Below, one piece after another: positions 8,192-17,797 of a DNA stretch of 64,000 nt; positions within the stretch are counted from its first letter, which is position 1, and every line of letters begins with the position of its first letter. The notes under the pieces are model-generated. The model did not search any database. It saw nothing but the letters and a program-made list of their open reading frames with translations, and had not been told where the DNA came from. A program made the position numbers and the translations under genes. This stretch comes from Gammaproteobacteria bacterium (GTDB lineage Bacteria; Pseudomonadota; Gammaproteobacteria; JBCCGL01). The stretch is from NCBI GenBank assembly GCA_965277715.1, contig OZ255836.1, positions 3,904,001 to 3,968,000 of the forward strand, read 5' to 3'.

Positions 8192-8857
8192 ATGAGAGTT
8201 ACGACTTATATTGTCCGAAGGGGCAACACTCTAGTAAACATTTCTAAAGCATACGGAATCACGCTAGAAGAACTGATTGTTGAAAACCCTCAAATTCGCA
8301 ATCCAAATCTAATCCGCGTCGGGGAGCATATTCTAGTACCCCGGAGCCATGATGGCCCCAACCCACACGTAACCTTGGCTGAAGAGAATATTCCTCTTGG
8401 ACTGCCACTCTGGCATAGGATCGCGATGCGTGAAGAAGGCGTGTCAGAGGTGCCTGGAGCTGGAAATAATCCCAGAATTTTAGAATATCATTCCACCACT
8501 TCCTTGGGCCGGGCAGATGCTAGACAAGATAAAACAGCTTGGTGCTCATCGTTCGTTAACTGGTGTATCGAACAAACAGGAAGGCAAGGTACTGACAACG
8601 CGTGGGCACGCAGCTGGGAAAATTGGGGGCGTGATATAGAAACTTCAACTATTGGTTCTATAGCTGTTTTCTCGAGAACCAATTCAACTACTAATGGCGG
8701 TCATGTTGGGTTCGTAGCCCACGAAACAACGTCATCTGTAATTGTGTTGGGTGGAAATCAAGGTAACACCGCAAAAGAGTCAACGTACCCAAAATCTGGG
8801 AGGAAAGGTAAGTATTATTACAAGCTACTTTCATGCCGATGGCCAGAGGACGCATAA
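8192..8857 (+). CDS. Cassette: LysM plus TIGR02594-type (NlpC/P60/CHAP-like) peptidoglycan hydrolase
   Basis: LysM YIVRRGNTL...NPNLIRVGE; AWCSSFVNWC, GHVGFV, LGGNQ. Confidence 0.85.
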   Translation: MRVTTYIVRRGNTLVNISKAYGITLEELIVENPQIRNPNLIRVGEHILVPRSHDGPNPHVTLAEENIPLGLPLWHRIAMREEGVSEVPGAGNNPRILEYHSTTSLGRADARQDKTAWCSSFVNWCIEQTGRQGTDNAWARSWENWGRDIETSTIGSIAVFSRTNSTTNGGHVGFVAHETTSSVIVLGGNQGNTAKESTYPKSGRKGKYYYKLLSCRWPEDA

Positions 8858-8939
8858 CAATACCTTGCAGCCGGCCCACTTTCCGCTACTTCCCTACCGT
8901 CATTCGCTCCAAGTCGGCGGCTGAATGCAGGCGTTATGC
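8852..8939 (+). other. attC site
   Basis: GCATAAC...GCGTTATGC with inverted arms. Confidence 0.88.
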
Positions 8940-8994
8940 ACTCAAGTGTTTTCTGGTAGGTTTCTCTTTCTAATTTTAAGAATCAATCACAAGA

Positions 8995-9233
8995 ATGACA
9001 CTTTATGAGGCAATCGTCTGGTGCACTGGAATTGCGGGTGCCTTGATTCTATTTGGGTTGTTCAGAAAAGAGCTAGGGCGAGCAATTGACAGAGTGAAGG
9101 GCGTAACCGGGAAAAACTGGGCCATAGATATTGGGTCTGGTGCAAAAGAAACAGAGCCATCTAAAGATGCTTGCAAGATTGAACGGAACAAATTGGCAAA
9201 TGTTTTCTGGATTGGGCATGACCTACTTTGGAC
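8995..9233 (+). pseudogene. Cassette membrane-anchored gene truncated by IS66
   Basis: ORF stops at a TAA supplied by the IS66 left end; no closing attC. Confidence 0.75.
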
Positions 9234-9319
9234 GTAAGCGCCAAAGAATAGACGTCTAGCAATTACTCGGGTTGGTCCTCACACTGCACCACAGCAACCC
9301 AATACCCGCTAGGTGTAAT

Positions 9320-9637
9320 ATGAGTAATAAAGAACGCGCGTTGTACTGGCGCAATCAAATTGAACAATGGCAAGCATTCGGTTTGAGTGGTGCGCAGTTT
9401 TGCCAGGATAACGGCATCAACTTGAAGCCGTTTTACTATTGGCACCGAAAATGTTCGCGTAAAACTCTTCAAGCAGTGCAGAGTAACATGCCTGTAGCAG
9501 GCTTTACCCAAGTGATGGTGGCTGATAGGCAAAGGGCTGATCCGGGTTTGTGTTTTACGCTGGCCAATGGCTGTGCCATTTCTGGCATTACCGCCGCTAA
9601 CGTGACGTTAGTTGGCGCGTTACTGGCACAGTTATGA
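9320..9637 (+). CDS. tnpA: IS66 accessory protein TnpA
   Basis: WxxxIEQWQAFGLSGAQFC...FYYW HTH pattern. Confidence 0.88.
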   Translation: MSNKERALYWRNQIEQWQAFGLSGAQFCQDNGINLKPFYYWHRKCSRKTLQAVQSNMPVAGFTQVMVADRQRADPGLCFTLANGCAISGITAANVTLVGALLAQL

Positions 9638-10002
9638 AGGCCCGTTATTTACGGCCATCGCTCGATATTGCGCAGGTGTTTTTATACCGAGAGGCGGTGG
9701 ACTTTCGTAAGCAAAGCAATGGCCTTGCGGCCATTGTTGAGCGAGAGCTTGGCCACAACCTGTTTGATGGTGGCTTATACGTGTTCACCAATCGCCACCG
9801 CAACAAAATCAAATGTCTGATGTGGGAGGACAACGGTTTTGTACTGTATTACAAAGCCTTGGCCGAAGAGCAGTTTAAGTGGCCTGACCTCGATGAGGAA
9901 GTCATATCACTGACCGGCACACAAATAAACGGGTTGCTTGATGGCTATGATTTAGCCGCAATGAAAGGCCACAAAGTATTGCATTACGAGTCTGTTTTTT
10001 AG
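9634..10002 (+). CDS. tnpB: IS66 accessory protein TnpB
   Basis: VDFRKQSNGL, YVFTNRHRNKIKCLMWEDNGFVLYYK, FKWP. Confidence 0.93.
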   Translation: MKARYLRPSLDIAQVFLYREAVDFRKQSNGLAAIVERELGHNLFDGGLYVFTNRHRNKIKCLMWEDNGFVLYYKALAEEQFKWPDLDEEVISLTGTQINGLLDGYDLAAMKGHKVLHYESVF

Positions 10003-10069
10003 CCCGCTAAAGGGTGTAAAAACATTTTATTTTAATGATTTTTAGACGGTTATTGGGTATTATTACCCG

Positions 10070-11701
10070 ATGGTTTTAGCATCAGAAATTCAACAAAAAC
10101 AACGCAATTACACCGGCTTAACGGCGGCTGAATTAGTGATCGTGCTGGCAGAAAAAGAAGCCGAATTAACGCACCATAACCAAATTATTCAACGTCATAA
10201 AAACACTATTCGACGTCACACAAACACCATTAAAAACCGCGATCACTACATTCGTTTGCTGGAAGAACGGTTGCGTCTTTCCAAGGTTCAGAGGTTCGGT
10301 GCTAACAGCGAAAAGCTTGCCTTCCAGATTGACTTGTTTGATGAAGCGGAACTCGAACAAGCCATTGTCGACATTGATAACCAACTACCGGATGAGTTGC
10401 TACCTTAGCCTACGACCACGAACAAGAAAAAACGTCAACGCGGCTTCTCCAACCGTTTACCCCGTGTGCGCGTTGAGCTGGCCTTAAGCGATGAGGAAAA
10501 ATCAGGCGCTACACGCACTTTCTTTGTGAAAGTCAAAGAAGAACTCCAATACATTCCCGCACAACTCAACGTTTTAGAGTACTGGCAAGAAAAGGCCGTC
10601 TTCAGCTACGCAGGTGATGACCACATCATCGCCGCGCAACGCCCCATACACCCTTTAGGTAAGTGCTTTGCCAGCACGGCCCTGCTCGCCAACATCATGG
10701 TGTCCAAATACGCCGATGGGTTGCCCTTGTATCGCCAGGAAAGCATTTTAAAGTGTTATGGACATGCCGTGAGCCGCACCAACATGGCCAACTGGATGAT
10801 TCGCCTGGAAGATGTCTTAAAACCCCTGATGACCTTGCTGCGGGAAAGTCAAAATGCCGGTGATTATGTGCAAATGGACGAAACGCGTATCCAGGTACTC
10901 AAAGAAAATGGCAAAACCGCCCAATCCGATAAATGGATGTGGCTAACGCGCGGTGGCCCTCCAGCCCAGCCCAGTGTGTTGTTTGAATACGACCCCTCTC
11001 GTTCGGGCGAAGTGCCACAACGCTTACTGGAAGGTTTTCAAGGCACTCTGCAAGTCGATGGCTATTCAGGGTATAACGGGGTGTGCGAGCAGCAAAATCT
11101 GACACGTATCGGTTGCTGGGATCATGTGCGCCGAAAATTCATTGATGCCATTAAAGCCGCCGATAAAGCAAACACGAAAAAATGCCGTGCCTCGAAAGCC
11201 GATGTCGCCATCGGTAAAATCCGCAAGCTCTATCTCATTGAGAAAAAGATACAAGCGCTTGAACCCGCAGAAAAACAAAGGCTTCGCCAAGCACTTAGCC
11301 AACCGGTGTTGGAAGACTTCAAACAATGGCTGGATAAGCATATTACTAAGGTGGCTAAAAAGTCCCTTACTCGTAACGCCATGGACTATGCACTGAATCA
11401 ATGGCATACCCTCACAGGCTACTGTGATGATGGACGGTTACACATCAGCAACGTGCTGGCTGAAAATGCCATTAGGCCTTTTGCCGTGGGTAGAAAAGCC
11501 TGGTTGTTTGCCGATTCAACCCGTGGCGCCCATGCCAGTGCCACCACATGTTACTCATTGATCGAAACGGCCAAAGCTAATGGGCTTGAACCCTATGCGT
11601 ACATACTGCACGTCCTTGATCATATCGGCAGTGCCGATACTCTTGAAAAGAGAGAGGCCTTGCTACCTTGGCATGTCGTTTTGGACATTACCTTGGAATA
11701 G
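10070..11701 (+). pseudogene. tnpC: IS66 transposase TnpC with in-frame TAG at 10406-10408
   Basis: ORFs 10070 and 10466 share a frame; DETRIQVL, DGYSGY, CWDHVRRKF, SNVLAENAIRP. Confidence 0.9.
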
Positions 11702-11725
11702 AGGCTGATTTAAGGGCGCTTACTA

Positions 11726-12550
11726 TTTATCGACGACCTCGACCGCTGCGAAGAAGCCGTTGTCGTCAAGCTGCTGGAGAGCATCAAACTCTACCTCGGC
11801 AGCCAGCGCTGCGTCTTCGTCCTCGGCATCGACCCCAATGCCGTGCTGGGCGCGCTGGGCCGCTACTGGCAGCGCCCGCAGGAAGACAACCGCGAATACC
11901 TGGAAAAACTCTTCCAAGCCACCCTGGAAGTGCCCATTCCCGCGCCAGGCGAAGTGAAAACCCTGATTACTCAACAACTGAAGCAACACAAATTTCCCAA
12001 TATCACCATAAACGCCGAAACCATCGAACAACTGCTCGAACCCAACCCGCGCAAAATCAAAAACTTCCTCAACAGCCTCTGCGCCACCTGGTCGCTCTAC
12101 ACCCAGAACCAGGCCGACGACTATATCGACGACCAGCGTTTTATCCTGTTTCACTACCTGCGGCTCTACCATCGGTCTGTCTGGCGCCTGCTGGAACACC
12201 AGCGCTGGGCCTTGCAACTGCTGCACCGGGTACTCACCGGCAGTAACGCACCACTGCATGACGTGCCTAAGTACATTGGTGAAGCCGAGCAGGCGGTGAT
12301 GAAAGAAATGCTGTCGCGGGCGTTTAGCCATGTACTTAAAAACGTCGAATACGGTGATCACGACCCACTCAAACACCGGGGTGTCCCGCTGGAGCAGGCT
12401 GTGCAGTGGTTTATCGAACGCCAGGATCGCAAACGTTCAGACGAATACTTTATCGCGCTGTTTAAAATCATACACGAACACGAACACCTCAATGCCAATA
12501 TGGTTTTTCTAAACCCATCCACCCCAAAGGTAGATAACCATGCTGAATAA
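11726..12550 (+). pseudogene. KAP-family P-loop NTPase, 5'-truncated by IS66
   Basis: Open frame from 11726 reads FIDDLDRC...FVLGID...YLEKLFQ...NPRKIKNFLN; Walker A missing. Confidence 0.88.
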
Positions 12551-15500
12551 CCCCACCTACCAGCGCAACCAATTCCTCAGCGCCCTGGGTGACTATATGC
12601 GCTGGCTCTACCGGCGCCACCACCGCCTGCTGGGCCTGATAGAGGCCAGCGACGAGCCAGACCCGATCAGCCTGACACAGATATTTGTCCCCATGCGCGC
12701 CGGTGAGGAAGACATTGCCGACGACGACATGGCCACCCCGCAGGACGTGGCGGAAGAAACCCTGCCGGGGCGGGATGTTTGGTCACTGCTCGCAGACACT
12801 TCCTTCCTCGCCCTGTCTGGCCGCCCTGGCAGCGGTAAAACCACCCTGGTGCAGGCGACCATCCTCGAACTGTGCGGCGAACACTCCAGCTCCCTGCGGG
12901 CGGCGATGGCGGGCGAGCACGGTATCGCGCCGCTGCCGATCATACTGCGCACTATCCCCGCCATCGACACAATCACCACCCTGGAACAACTGCTCGACGC
13001 CTGGTGGCGTGAAGAGCAAAAAGACGCCGCCGCCGAAGGCATCACCCTCGACACCGGCCGCCTGCGCCAGTGGTTTGATGCACCGACAGACGCCCCGGCA
13101 GACGCCCCGGCAGACAAACGCTACCCGCTGCTGATACTGTTTGATGGCATCGACGAAGTCGGCGGCATAGAAACCCGCAGCCGCATCTATGCCCTGGCGC
13201 AAGACGCCCACCAACGCGGCCACCGGGTACTGATCACTGGCCGCCCCGCCGGGTTTCACGCCCTACAGACCGACGACCTCCCCCAGTCAACAGGGCCTGC
13301 AATGGCACCACTAAACCTGCACTACCTGCTGCCCCTCGCCTGGGAACAGATTCGGCAGTTTATCCACCAGTGGTACCAACTGCGCGGTGAATGGCGCAAA
13401 CAGCGGGATCGTGGCATCGCACAGTTTCTGGACGCCATGCGGGATTCCCAGCGGGCGTATTTACTGGTACTGGCCCGGCGGCCGATCTTTATCAGCCTGA
13501 TGGCCCTGGTGCACTGCACCCAAAACCAAATGCCCGATGGCCGCGCCCAACTCTACAGCACCATTATCGAACTCTACCTGGGCCGCCAGGAGCGGCACCG
13601 CCAACTGCGCTTTTCCGTTAGTGGCAGCGCCCTACCGCACTGGCCAGACCAGGAAAAACGCATGGTACTGGGCTACCTGGCCTGGCAGAGCCAACTCAAG
13701 AGCGCCGATGTGGAGGGTGCTTATGAAACCGGAAACCGCCGGGTAATCTGGCGCCGCAAGGAAATGCTGGAACAGATCCGCAGCCAACTGCAAAGTGGCC
13801 ATTACGGGCGCTTTGCCGCCATCAAGGCAGGCGATGCCGACAAACTGCTGGATTATTTTTTACACCCCTCGGGCCTGTTGGTCGAGCCTGCCGAGGCGCG
13901 CATCCAGTTCGCCCACCTGAGCTTTCAGGAATACCTGTGTGCCGACTTTCTCTTTACCCTGGGCGGCAGGCGCCTGCAAAAAACCCTCGAAGACCGCCTA
14001 TTGCCCAATCTACACAAGCCCGGCTGGGATGAAGTGGGGATCTTACTGCTGGCGATCATGCAGGAAAACGATAACCGCGGGCACTTTGAGCTATTGGGTT
14101 GGCTGGATTTGGCCCAGGTGGATCAGGCCAGTCTGTTCATACAAGCCTATACAGGTAACGAACTGTCGTTTACCGACCGGGAGCAGTTGCAATGGCTGCC
14201 ACTGGCGATGGCCGCCTGCCTGCTGCACCCCCGGTGTGACTTTGCCGAATCGCTGGCCAGGCGGGCAGAGCTGGCGGAACCGGGGCGGGCGTTGCTGCAC
14301 AAACTGTTGACAGCAGATAGCCTCAAAGCAGCCTGGCAGCCCTTACAACAGGCACTAGAAACTGATACACCCTGGGGTATTGACGACGTGGCGCAACACC
14401 CAATGGCTGAGAGTATGCTGAAATGCTGGAAGCATCCAAAGGATGGTAATAGTTGGGATGTTCTATCGGGTGAAGCGGAAGCCCATGCCAATGGACTGTT
14501 GAGTTTATTAAATGGAAGTGGTTGGGTAACGCACGATGACCGTTTTAACCCGCTGGCAACTGACTGGCAACCGTTGCTGGTCGATTGGCTGCACCGATCA
14601 ATAATAACACCGGGCGGTGACTGTTCACTGCTGTGGGCGCGGGATAAAGCACGGCTACCAATACCCACCAACACAGCCTATGAGGTTGACCATTTGCTGC
14701 CTGCTTATGGGAGGCTATGGGCAGAGGTTAGTGCGCAAGTGCCAATGGATGTGATGCTCTTGCAGGGAGAAGCATACGACGATTTTTTTTGGGATGTTTT
14801 TACCCAGGCATCCGTTTCTCTGTTACTGCACCCGCAGGATGACTTATTGCCACGGCCTCGTTTTGCAATGATGCTTTACCAGGTTACGCTGTTAAGCGAA
14901 GGTGCGGCTGAAGGCCGCACCTTCGCCGATTTGTCGCTGTCGCGGTCGCTGTCGCTGTTGCGGTCGCGGTCGCAGTCGCGGTCGCAGTCGCTGTTGCGGT
15001 CGCAGTCGCTGTTGCGGTCGCAGTCGCTGTTGCGGTCGCAGTCGCTGTTGCGGTCGCGGTCGCGGTCGCTGTCGCAGTCGCTGTTGCGGTTGCTGTCGCT
15101 GTCGCAGTCGCTGTCGCTGTTGCGGTCGCTGTTGCGGTCGCAGTCGCTGTCACTTTTGATAGACGATGTTGAATGGATTAGCCAGGAATCAACAGAAAAG
15201 CTAAAAAGCGTTATTGAGTGGATTAAACGTAAAAAACCAGATAAGGCGTTATTAACCCCCTGGGTATCGGCGCTGGAGCAATACGCCCACCGCTGGGCAG
15301 CGCTGGATTGGTTTAACCAGCAGTGTGAAGACCCACAACTGGCTGACCACCGTGGCCTTATCCATGGCCACCCGCTGCCGCTTAGCCTGGGGTTATTTGA
15401 CGATAAGGGCAGACCCCACGCTGAACAGCGGCGGCACCACTGGCTGGCCCTGCGGGAGTGGTTAGAGGATGATGAGGCCATGCTAGGATTTGTTTTCCCC

Positions 15501-15707
15501 AATGGCCTGGCAGACAATGATCGGCGGGTGATTCTCGATGATCTGGCGTTACTGCGCCAGCAACCCTGGTCACCGATAGCGTTTATCGATGCCGTGTTGG
15601 AAGACTGGCCACAACAAAGGCCCATTCTCGACTATCGCCTGGAGACGGCAGAAAAAAGACTGATGGATGCCACTGAGGGATTGTTACAACAACTGGAGGC
15701 GTTGTAA
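12540..15707 (+). CDS. NACHT-type STAND NTPase, 1055 aa
   Basis: Walker A GRPGSGKTT, Walker B LILFDGIDEV, ITGRP, FAHLSFQEYL. Confidence 0.9.
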   Translation: MLNNPTYQRNQFLSALGDYMRWLYRRHHRLLGLIEASDEPDPISLTQIFVPMRAGEEDIADDDMATPQDVAEETLPGRDVWSLLADTSFLALSGRPGSGKTTLVQATILELCGEHSSSLRAAMAGEHGIAPLPIILRTIPAIDTITTLEQLLDAWWREEQKDAAAEGITLDTGRLRQWFDAPTDAPADAPADKRYPLLILFDGIDEVGGIETRSRIYALAQDAHQRGHRVLITGRPAGFHALQTDDLPQSTGPAMAPLNLHYLLPLAWEQIRQFIHQWYQLRGEWRKQRDRGIAQFLDAMRDSQRAYLLVLARRPIFISLMALVHCTQNQMPDGRAQLYSTIIELYLGRQERHRQLRFSVSGSALPHWPDQEKRMVLGYLAWQSQLKSADVEGAYETGNRRVIWRRKEMLEQIRSQLQSGHYGRFAAIKAGDADKLLDYFLHPSGLLVEPAEARIQFAHLSFQEYLCADFLFTLGGRRLQKTLEDRLLPNLHKPGWDEVGILLLAIMQENDNRGHFELLGWLDLAQVDQASLFIQAYTGNELSFTDREQLQWLPLAMAACLLHPRCDFAESLARRAELAEPGRALLHKLLTADSLKAAWQPLQQALETDTPWGIDDVAQHPMAESMLKCWKHPKDGNSWDVLSGEAEAHANGLLSLLNGSGWVTHDDRFNPLATDWQPLLVDWLHRSIITPGGDCSLLWARDKARLPIPTNTAYEVDHLLPAYGRLWAEVSAQVPMDVMLLQGEAYDDFFWDVFTQASVSLLLHPQDDLLPRPRFAMMLYQVTLLSEGAAEGRTFADLSLSRSLSLLRSRSQSRSQSLLRSQSLLRSQSLLRSQSLLRSRSRSLSQSLLRLLSLSQSLSLLRSLLRSQSLSLLIDDVEWISQESTEKLKSVIEWIKRKKPDKALLTPWVSALEQYAHRWAALDWFNQQCEDPQLADHRGLIHGHPLPLSLGLFDDKGRPHAEQRRHHWLALREWLEDDEAMLGFVFPNGLADNDRRVILDDLALLRQQPWSPIAFIDAVLEDWPQQRPILDYRLETAEKRLMDATEGLLQQLEAL
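14934..15149 (+). repeat. Coding microsatellite, 36 x hexamer TYGCNG
   Basis: 216 bp of TCGCTG/TCGCGG/TTGCGG/TCGCAG/TTGCTG encoding SL/SR/LR/SQ/LL. Confidence 0.95.
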
Positions 15708-15749
15708 TGTTTGTAGTGTATGTGAGCACGGGTATCGTGTATTGCATAT

Positions 15750-15948
15750 AACTTTTGGTTGTTTTTGGCAACCGAAAGTTATCATGGTAAATATTTCAAA
15801 ATCGATGAAGTACCGAGCAAGTGGGCTCAGTTGCCGACGACTGTATTGATCTGTGGTGTTGTAGGGGTGTCGCTCGCGAAGTGTAGGTGTCTTTCTCTGC
15901 TGCATGCAGAGCGAGCGAGGTACTTTTTGCTAGCGCACAAAAAGTACC
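15750..15948. repeat. Two REP-like hairpins
   Basis: AACTTTTGGTTG/CAACCGAAAGTT 15750-15780; GGTACTTTTTG/CAAAAAGTACC 15919-15948. Confidence 0.55.
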
Positions 15949-16182
15949 CAAAAATGCACTTTTCGGTGCTCAATTTAAATTGATAGGTCGGTGGGGCGTG
16001 CGTTTAGCTTTGGTTTTCTTTTTTGTTGAGTTCATCACGCCCAAGAGATCCAGGCAGCTTATTGGTTGGCGTTGTCCCTGGCGTTATAAGTGAATTTGGC
16101 CTTTTCATTCGTACTCTTACCATCTGATTGGGGAGGTCATTTAGGATTGGTTTGTTATAGCGAAACCACCCACCAACAAAAG

Positions 16183-16950
16183 CTACCCTCCAGACCCACC
16201 TAACCGCTCATCTGCCCCCATCCGCCGCTCCAACCGGCGCACCCCGGCAGACACCACCAACACCAACAGCAAATACTGCAAGGCCACCACCGTATAAATC
16301 TCCAGTGGCCGGTACTCAGTCACCGCCAACTCATTCCCCCGGCGCAACACCTCAGACACTCCAATCACCGACACCAACGACGTCATTTTCAACGTAATCA
16401 CCAACTGATTACCCACCGCCGGCAGCGAGCGCCGAATCGCCTGCGGAAAAATCACGTAACGCATCTTATCCAGATAACTCAACCCCAGCGTGTCAGCGGC
16501 CTCAAACTGCCCCTTATCAATCGACTGCACCCCCCCGCGAAAAATCTCCGCCATAAACGCCGAGCCGTAAATCGATAACGCCAACATCCCCGCAGCAAAC
16601 GGCGGCAAATCGATACCCATCAAAATAGGCAAACCGTAATACACCCAAAATATCGACACCAGCGGTGGAATAGAACGAAACACCTCCACATACGAGCGAT
16701 AGATAACCTGCAACACCCGGTACGATGACAAACCCAGCAGGCTTATCGCAAAGCCAACGCTATTGGAAATCGCCACACAACACAGCGTGAGTAAAATCGT
16801 CCACGGAATACCGGAGAGCAAAAACAGCAAATTGACACGGCCCCGCTTAATACTGGGGTCGACCACATACCAACCCCACTCCTGCGAACTGGCACAGCCG
16901 CTGATCAACAGTACAAATAACAACAAACACACGAGCCGTTGGGTTGACAT
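16183..16950 (-). CDS. Polar amino-acid ABC transporter permease
   Basis: AEIFRGGVQSIDKGQFEAA EAA loop. Confidence 0.93.
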   Translation of the reverse strand: MSTQRLVCLLLFVLLISGCASSQEWGWYVVDPSIKRGRVNLLFLLSGIPWTILLTLCCVAISNSVGFAISLLGLSSYRVLQVIYRSYVEVFRSIPPLVSIFWVYYGLPILMGIDLPPFAAGMLALSIYGSAFMAEIFRGGVQSIDKGQFEAADTLGLSYLDKMRYVIFPQAIRRSLPAVGNQLVITLKMTSLVSVIGVSEVLRRGNELAVTEYRPLEIYTVVALQYLLLVLVVSAGVRRLERRMGADERLGGSGG

Positions 16951-16961
16951 GGGCTAACCTC

Positions 16962-17705
16962 TCAATGCGCAATAATCTGATCTAGAAACAAGCGCGTGCG
17001 CGCCTCGCGGGGTGAGGCAAAAAAGCGCGCCGGTGGCGCCTGCTCGACGATACAACCGCCATCCATAAACACCATTTGGTCGGCGACGCGCCTGGCAAAG
17101 CCCATTTCGTGGGTGACACACACCATCGTCATGCCGTCTTCGGCCAGCGCGATCATGGTGTCTAATACCTCGCTGATCATCTCCGGGTCGAGCGCCGAGG
17201 TCGGCTCATCGAACAACATAATCTTGGGCTGCATACACAGGCTGCGGGCAATCGCGACGCGCTGTTGCTGCCCCCCCGAGAGCTGATTGGGGTATTTGTC
17301 CGCCTGCTCGGGAATGCGCACCTGCTCCAGGTAGTGGTGCGCCAACGCCTCCGCCTCGCGCTGGGGCAGGTTGCGCGCCCGCATCGGCGCCAGGGTTAAG
17401 TTGCGCAGCACGCTCAGGTGGGGGAAGAGATTGAACTGCTGGAACACCATGCCAATATCGCGGCGTATATGTTGGATATGCCGGGTGTCGCTGTCGAGCG
17501 CCACGCCGTTGATTTTAATCGTGCCCTGTTGGTGGGTTTCGAGGCGGTTGATACAGCGGATCATCGTCGATTTCCCGGAGCCAGACGGGCCACACACCAC
17601 CACCCGCTCGCCCGCCTGCACTTTCAGATTAATGTCTTGCAGGACATGCAAATCGCCAAACCACTTATTGATAGCGGCCAGCTCAATAACTGTATTTTTT
17701 TCCAA
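16962..17705 (-). CDS. Polar amino-acid ABC transporter ATPase (GlnQ-like)
   Basis: [26 protein letters not shown]. Confidence 0.96.
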   Translation of the reverse strand: MEKNTVIELAAINKWFGDLHVLQDINLKVQAGERVVVCGPSGSGKSTMIRCINRLETHQQGTIKINGVALDSDTRHIQHIRRDIGMVFQQFNLFPHLSVLRNLTLAPMRARNLPQREAEALAHHYLEQVRIPEQADKYPNQLSGGQQQRVAIARSLCMQPKIMLFDEPTSALDPEMISEVLDTMIALAEDGMTMVCVTHEMGFARRVADQMVFMDGGCIVEQAPPARFFASPREARTRLFLDQIIAH

Positions 17706-17797
17706 CGGGGTGCTCCCGGCAGGTTTGTATGTTTTTCTTGACGGAGTAATCTATGCTTTGCATTCTACCGTTATTGATAAATCGGCGTGAGGAAATT

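Larger units (their letters stand above)
1..9233 (+). mobile_element. Integron gene-cassette array, distal part; intI/attI not in window
   Basis: Short AT-rich ORFs bounded by GTTRRRY and the complementary RYYYAAC: GTTAGCA 103/TGCTAAC 593, GTTAGGC 697/GCCTAAC 1093, GTTATGT 1756/ACATAAC 2511, GTTAGCA 4897/TGCTAAC 5281, GTTAGCT 5504/AGCTAAC 6304, GTTATGC 8149/GCATAAC 8852. Confidence 0.95.
9234..11723 (+). mobile_element. IS66-family element
   Basis: Inverted ends GTAAGCGCC 9234/GGCGCTTAC 11715-11723; tnpA-tnpB-tnpC; flanks CTTTGGAC and TATTTATC do not match. Confidence 0.95.

Noticed and set aside
10406-10408. Pyrrolysine or programmed read-through at the tnpC TAG
   Set aside because: No pyl genes seen and the MttB gene has no amber codon; a simple nonsense mutation is more likely
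11668-12376. 192-aa and 217-aa ORFs over the KAP fragment
   Set aside because: Shadow frames of GC-rich coding sequence; KAP motifs lie in the 11726 frame
14876-15625. Antisense poly-(Thr-Ala), SDCDRN and Cys/Arg-rich ORFs
   Set aside because: Alternative frames of the hexamer microsatellite inside the NACHT gene
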